Below, one piece after another: positions 57,105 to 64,000 of a stretch of 64,000 nt of DNA. Within the stretch, counting starts at the first letter, position 1; each line of letters opens with the position of its first letter. Source of the DNA: Eledone cirrhosa. Its lineage: Eukaryota. The DNA lies in the NCBI GenBank assembly GCA_964016885.1, contig OZ024740.1, positions 256,928,001 through 256,992,000 of the forward strand, given 5' to 3'. Position numbers and translations under genes: made by a program. A model generated the notes under the pieces. The model made no database searches and was not told where the DNA came from. It saw only the letters and a program-made list of their open reading frames with translations.

Positions 57105-57424
57105 TTCGAGCCCATGTATATGACTCAGAGTTTACGCCTTCTTGTTCAATACATATAACCAGTCACATTGCACATCGATCATTGGATAGAGCGTAGGAAT
57201 ATATTAAGAATGTTCCAGAAAATGTTAGTCACATGTCAGCAGAGTATACAACTCAAACCATAAGTTAAACGAAGTGATCTAAAAAAAAATTTCCTGATTC
57301 TACGTTAGAACAATATTATTATTTCGTTGTAAGACGGATTCCTTCATGACACTAACATTGCAAAAGAATAATAGGTATGTATCGTATGTCAGACATGCTT
57401 TCCAGCGTAGTTACGTCCCTTTAC

Positions 57425-57542
57425 GATCTGAATTCAAATCCCGTCGAGGCTAACTTTGCCTTTCATCCTTACGGGGTCGATAAAATAAAGTACCAGTAAT
57501 ACACTGGGTATTTGCTGGCCTTGTGCCAAAAGTAGATACAAT
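57425..57542 (+). mobile_element. SINE copy (same family as 38060)
   Basis: ttcaaatcccgtcgaggctaactttgcctttcatccttacggggtcgataaaataaagtaccag. Confidence 0.8.
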
Positions 57543-58556
57543 TATTACTTACACTAAAATAAGTATATAACTTAGTTATATTGCATAATGTAGACCTAGA
57601 TAAGACGTTAAATTATTAGTCAGATGGAGTGTTTTCTGCGCATTGAGTTAAAATATGAACTTTGCTTTTCTTCCCTACATGGTCTATACACTTGTCGTTT
57701 CGGTGTGTCTGTCCATCTTCCTTCTCTTCCTTTACAAATTATCGAAGTTGTTCAGATCTAGAAAGTGATGGCTTCACCAAGTTTAAGTGGCCGCTTTAAG
57801 AAAAAGTAGCATAACAATTTTTTTTTAGTTTAGAACCTCTAACTGTTGAAGGAGACGTAGGATCACCGTATTGACATACAACGTTTCTATGACAATTTTA
57901 AAACCTGGCGGAGCTCATCTCTTCTAGAGAAGGATAGAAAGTGAAAGAACGGAAGTGAGAAAGAAAAATATAGAAAGAATCGCCCCTAGTACAAGACCGT
58001 CCTCGAATGGACGGAAGGTCTAGTTGACTTTGGCAGGATTTGAACTCAGCGAGCCGAGACGTATACCGCAAAGCATTTTATCCGACGTTCGGTAGGACTC
58101 TGCCAATTCTCCATCTTTTATGACAAATTATTATAAGCAAGGTCTCGACCGGTGCATGAATCGAACTCACTGTCTTATGATCGTCAATCCAAATCTCAAA
58201 CCACGTAGCTACCTTGCGAGCGGCAGATACTATCCGCATTGGAGAATGACCAATGGAAACACTTTTACCTTGGTCCTATCAGACGATAACAACGGCGACA
58301 ATAACAAATATAACAAAACAATATCATCATCATAAAAACAACATCAACCCCAGCAGCAACAACAAAGCCCACATCGCTCTAACGTACATTCTAGCAATCC
58401 CACACACTCCCAGCTACATTCTATAACACTACAATTCTTATATATGCAAAAATATACTCAATGTACACAGATACAAATACATACAATACATATACATACT
58501 CACCTATATACTTACATACACATACAAACATATATATATACATACTTACACACACA

Positions 58557-58598
<42 letters not shown>

Positions 58599-58668
58599 TA
58601 TGGAATACTGTTGGCTTCTTGCTACAATAATTTCTATACTTTTCATTTATATATATATATATATATAT

Positions 58669-60612
58669 GGATCAATCTAAGGCGTTCGATAGGGTCGACC
58701 ATGGTTACCTGGATGCGGTGCTAGCGGCGGCAGGCTTCGGACCCGTTTTCAGGGGCTGGATCACTGCTATGCACAGCAGCCGCATCTGCTCTAGGGTCAA
58801 GGTGAACGGCTACCTCTCGGAGCCGTTCAAAATCGCGCGGTCCATCCGACAAGGGTGCCCTCTCTCCTCCCTTCTGTATGTGTTGACTCTCGAGCCACTA
58901 CTGCGGAAGTTGGAGTTGTTGCAGGGCATCCCTTTGGAACCGGGATTGCGGAAAGCGGTGTCAGCCTACGCCGATGATGTGACAGTAATGGTGTCGACGG
59001 CCTCCGAAATCGAGGCGGTCGGCACCTTACTGGAGGAGTACGAAAAGTTCACAGGGGCTAAGCTGAACCGGGACAAGTCGATCGGTTTGCAACTCGGCAC
59101 GTGGAGGGGCAGATCGATGCCCTCTGATGGCGTCGTCGGACGCTGGACGGAGGGGCCCGGTGAAGTTGCTCGGGGTCTGGTTCGGACCGGACCTCCAGGT
59201 GGAGAAAAACTGGGCGGAGGTTACGAACAGGGTGTTTGCACTGACCCAGAAGTGGGCCAGTTGCAAACTATCCCTGAAAGGTCGGGCGGAGGTGGCCAAC
59301 ACTTATATAGCGTCCATCATCTACTACCGCCTGACCGTAGTGCCCTGCCCAAGGGAAACCCTCACCAAGATGGAGCGCGCGCTCTTCCAATTCCTTTGGA
59401 AGAGGCGGGCTCCTATGGTGAGGAGATCCATCTGCTGTCAACACCCTTCGAAAGGAGGGCTGGGGATGCCGTGGCTAATGATGCGTAAACACGCATTAAG
59501 GCTACGGCATCTCTACGTATTCCTCACCGGACAACCGGTGTGGGCCTCGTTTGTGAGACGAACCTTTCCCAGACTCGTCTCACTCACCGAGCTGCAATCC
59601 TGGGTCAAGCAAAGACCGAGAAAACTGGGCGCCTGGCACACTGAGTGTGCCCAGGCGCTCACCGCCCTCTGGCAGGCGGATCCGGTTATCAGTGGAGACT
59701 CCACCGCAACATTCTATAGAGGGCTGGTACGCAGCAGGTGCGACGACGCCCTCGGAGAAGCCCTAGACATGGAGGAGGACGAACTGGCCAGCCTGTTCGG
59801 TAGGACATTCAGCCCGGGACCTATGGACAACTTCCAGAAGTCCCTGGCCTGGCAGTGCTACCGAGGGGCTTTACCCGTTCGAGAAAGGCTCTACAGACAC
59901 GGGCGCCCGGGTAGGGACCCCGCCAAAAAGATCTGTCCCAGATGCGTGTGCGACGAGGAAACCGTTGCACACGCATTGGTACACTGCTCGGGCGTAGCCG
60001 ATCTGTGGGGCTATGTCGAACAACTGCTGTCAAGGGTGGGACCGATCCGGTTGACCACCGAGTCTATTGTAATGATCAAGCCGCCTCCCCCCTTCAAAGA
60101 TGAAGCAGAGGCGGTGTTTCTGTGCGTAATAGCCATGGCGAAAGAGGTTGTATGGTGGACGCGTCTGAAAGGACTGAGGTCAGGCACCTTTCTCTCTGGC
60201 CAACAACTGGTCCGTTTCTTCCGATATCATTTCGGAAGAAGGATCAGGATGGAGAGAGAGGTGCTGCACCCCAGTCGTTTTTATGAAAGGTGGGTGAAAG
60301 TGGCGAGAATGGCCCGTGTGAATGGGCCTTCTCTTTACATAAGCCTGTAGGTGGAAAAGAGGAAGGAACGAGGGAGCACCCCCTCTCTGTGCTCCTGAGG
60401 AAAAGGGTTGCACACTTTTTTCGGGGGTGTGTGCGACCCCCCAAGGCGCCTCCTCTCTATTGAGGATTTTGTTAAAAATTTTATTTTTTGTTATATCTTA
60501 TTTTATTTTTATATTTTGTTATTGCCTCCTCCTTATTGAGGACGCCTTTTTGTGTAAACTCCCCCCTTTGTACTTGTCCCACTTTTGATGCCCTAGTGGC
60601 AAATAAAAGAAA

Positions 60613-60615
<3 letters not shown>
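58669..60615 (+). mobile_element. 5'-truncated L1/Tx1-like LINE in (TA)n; RT (58669-~59155) frameshifted into the C-terminal zf-RVT part (to 60350), 3' UTR with AATAAA
   Basis: DQSKAFDRVDH, SIRQGCPLS, AYADD, KLSLKGRA, KGGLGMP, CPRC..EETVAHALVHC. Confidence 0.88.
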
Positions 60616-60662
<47 letters not shown>

Positions 60663-60759
60663 TGTGTGTGTGTGCGTTCATTCTCACATTTAAAACAATA
60701 ATAATATTCACTCACACAGACATATACAGACATGTATATGCTCGCACATACAAAACCAG

Positions 60760-60797
<38 letters not shown>

Positions 60798-61296
60798 TTA
60801 CATTCACACGCACACATACACATGTTCAAACCTATACACATTCATACCTATATTTACTATCACACTCAAACATGCATATACGCAGACATATACTGACATA
60901 TAAACACACACATAGGGAATAAATATTTTTCACATATATATAGATAGAGAGAGAGAGAGAGAGAGATGGACATATATCCCTATCTTTTTTAAACAAACAC
61001 ACTCTCTTTTATTTTAAAAGCAAATAACACTCACTATTCACACATACACACTCTGTCAAGCATCCCCAACATATGTAAGTGGATCTCCGTCGCTTTCGAC
61101 AATGAGTGTTTGAGTTGTCCGATCAATAGTTGCCTTCTGCATGTGTGTAGTATGTGTGTGTGTGTGTGTCTGTATGTGTGTGTGTATGTGTGTGTGTGTG
61201 TGTGTGTTAGTGTGTGTGTGTTTGTCTGTGTCTGTATGTGTGTTTATGTGTGTGTATGTGTGTGTGTGTGTGTGTGTGTGTTTTTCTGTATGTGTC

Positions 61297-61354
<58 letters not shown>

Positions 61355-61403
61355 TGTATGTGTGTGTGTGTGCGTGTATGTGTGTGTGTGTGGGTGTGTG
61401 TGT

Positions 61404-61466
<63 letters not shown>

Positions 61467-61850
61467 TGCCTGTCTGCATGTGTCTGATCAATAGTTGCCT
61501 TCTCATTAAATAAACCAAATATAAATGGTGAAACATTCCATAGACACGTGGATCCTTAACGTATTTCATCGTGTGGTTGTGTGTGTCAAGGCTGGTGTTT
61601 TGAATTACAGGTCCAGTCCATCGACAAGCATATGATCATATCCCCTTTATCTAATTTCACTCACAACGCATGCATGGAAGCGATGTTATAGTAAATGACG
61701 CCCGATATTCCACGTAGAGATGTATCAAACCAAGAACCTGATTTTTGATGGGATGGATTGGGGTGGGTTGCCGAATGCTCTTCCCCCTCTCCCAGAATAA
61801 GTCCCCCCATTTCTCTCTATCTTCCTGCATGTGTGTAGTATGTGTGTGTG

Positions 61851-61966
<116 letters not shown>

Positions 61967-62557
61967 TGTATGTGTATGTGTGTGTGTGTGCTTGCCTGTC
62001 TGCATGTGTCTGTGTTTGTGTGAATACTGCAAAACATTCTATTCGATGTTCTAGTGACTCTGCCAGTTCACAGCCTATATAGCTTTCCTGCAATCAAAAT
62101 TTGCCCCTGTTAATTTGCAGTGTGATTTCACGCTTTCACAGTAGATATTGAGGCTATATAGGAGACTATGTTTCATGGTCTCAACAGAAATCTGAGTAAC
62201 GTGTGTGATGCATTACACTCTATTCTCTGTAGAAGTATGTGTAATAACACTAAATTAACATTTATTTAGTAGAACCATATGGTAAAAACTGCTTGAAAAA
62301 TATAATTACCTCAAAACATAGATGATTCCATTATGTTTGGTTACACATCTCTATCACTACCCGCATCCCACCATTCTTCTTTACACGTCTCCTGTGGTAC
62401 ATAAAATACTGGCAGGCAGGGTACTGTAACTTCTAATCCACCCATCAACTAGTACTGGCAACGGAAATACAATGAATACCATTGGAAAGTTATTTTTTAA
62501 ATAAAATCCTCAATCTTTATTTATTGTAATAATAACTTCCTATATTAATAATCATGT

Positions 62558-62700
62558 GGTGACGCGTGGCTTAGTGGTAAGGGTATTGGACTTACGATCA
62601 TAATGTTGTGAGTTCGATTCCTGGGCTGGGTTGTGTGTTCTTGAGAAAAACAGTCATTTCACGCGTTGCTCAAGTATACCCAGCTGAAAATTAGTACGAG
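62558..62700 (+). mobile_element. tRNA-headed SINE
   Basis: A-box TGGCTTAGTGG and B-box GAGTTCGATTCC; similar heads at ~48620(+), ~44750-44805(-) and 63140(+). Confidence 0.65.
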
Positions 62701-62789
62701 AAATAGCTGGGGGTTTAACCTTGGTGAGCTTCCTGGCTTAAGACATACTTTAGAATTGGCTTTAGTAAGAGACTATAGTAATAATGGAA

Positions 62790-63110
62790 AGCGGTGATCT
62801 GGCAGAGTCATTAGAATGTCGGATAGAATGCATTGCGGAATTCGTTTCGGCTCTCCGCTTCCTGAGTTCAAATTCCGCCGAGATCAACTTTGCCTTTCAT
62901 CCATTCGAGGTCGACAAGAAAAGTACCAGTCTAATACTGAGGTCGATTCTTCCTCTATATCTCTTTTTCACTTTCATTCACTCACTCCCTATACTTCATT
63001 AAAAGAAATCTGCTGTATTCAGACTTGGAGAGAGACGGGCTCCGGAGGTTTAAACGTGCCTTAGAAACACCGTATGTTAATATGGTGCCCCAATGACCCT
63101 CTCGTACGCT
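62790..63110 (+). mobile_element. SINE with extended 3' body (shared with 52745-52915)
   Basis: TGGCAGAGTCATTAG..GAGTTCAAATTCCGCCGAG..gcctttcatcc..agaaatctgctgtattcag. Confidence 0.7.
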
Positions 63111-63214
63111 ACGGGACCATGCATACATAATAATGGTGAAGGCACATTGTGTAGTGGTTAATGGGTTGGGCTCACAACCGTAAGGTCGTGAGTTCGATAA
63201 AACTCTTTATTTCG

Positions 63215-64000
63215 TCGAAGCTCCTCCATACCCTTCACAGCAATCCATGCTATAGGCACACATCTCTCCTTGCTGACCTCGAAACTTGTATCCGAGCAGC
63301 AGCCGAGGAAATATGCAACGTCAGGTTTGACGACATTGGATGGCAACAGGCCATTTTACCTGTCAGATATGGTGGCCTTGGCCTCCAGCCCCCGATCTCG
63401 CTGGCTTTGCCGGCGTTTCTTTCGTCGGTAACCTCATGCCAAGTCCTCATCAGCAGAGTTCTCCAAAACACAATGAAACCCTCTGTGATCGGGAAACATG
63501 AGGCCGCCTGTAAGAAGTGGGACCGGCTAGGACTTAGCCCAGTAGACGTCCCTCCTCTTTCTCCCCCCTGCTGACTTCAAGTCCCCCGAAAGCATTTAGA
63601 ATGACATCCAGTTCAGCCTGGTCTTAGACAGGCTCACGCGCCAGCTCGACCAGCACCGCGCGGCCTCCAAACCCCACAGTAGTGCCTGGCTCCATGCCTT
63701 GCCCTCCTTCTCCACTGGCACGCAGCTGGATAACGATGGCCTGCGCATCGGCGTTTCCCTGACGCTTGGCCTCCGGATCTGCGAGCCACATAAATGTCGC
63801 TCTGGATCCACCGTGAACTCTTTCGGCCTCCACCCGCTTTCCTGTCTCCACAGTGCCGGCCGCCTTCCACGCCATGCTACCCTCCACGAGGTCATAAAGC
63901 ATGGTTTGGATGCTGCAGGCTTCCCCTCCCATCTCGAGCCGGTGGGGCTGGACCGAAGGGACGGTAAGAGGCCAGACGTCATGACCATCTTTCCGTTCCG
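63215..64000 (+). mobile_element. Second CRE-like non-LTR fragment, running into the RLE domain at the window edge
   Basis: QAILPVRYGGLGL, SAWLHALP, GLRICEPHKC, HPLSC..GRLPRH, EPVGLDRRDGKRPD; homologous to 25475-26065. Confidence 0.82.

Noticed and set aside
62558-62632. tRNA gene
   Set aside because: A and B boxes are present but no cloverleaf could be drawn; it continues into a SINE body.

Overview
Repeat-dense, AT-rich eukaryotic DNA. A cephalopod (octopus-like) origin is inferred from the (TA)n/(CA)n load and the SINE sequences. No host gene is firmly identifiable; there is one weak exon candidate and a 200-N gap at 52482-52681. Almost all coding signal comes from decayed transposons: four Penelope-like elements (PLEs), a Ty3/Gypsy element with a -1 frameshift signal, an internally deleted mariner, two CR1-like, two CRE-like, one RTE-like and one L1/Tx1-like LINE, plus tRNA-derived SINEs. 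The striking pattern is that many short non-coding islands between the (TA)n tracts are ~260-600 bp units from about 10 sequence families, arranged as partial tandem arrays and/or fold-backs. Most carry a type I hammerhead ribozyme (HHR) motif. Several motifs look intact, some carry a U3-A8 compensated core, and others are mutated exactly at the core. This looks like a community of non-autonomous, retrozyme-like PLE satellites nested in (TA)n. All alignments and folds were done by eye, so boundaries are approximate.
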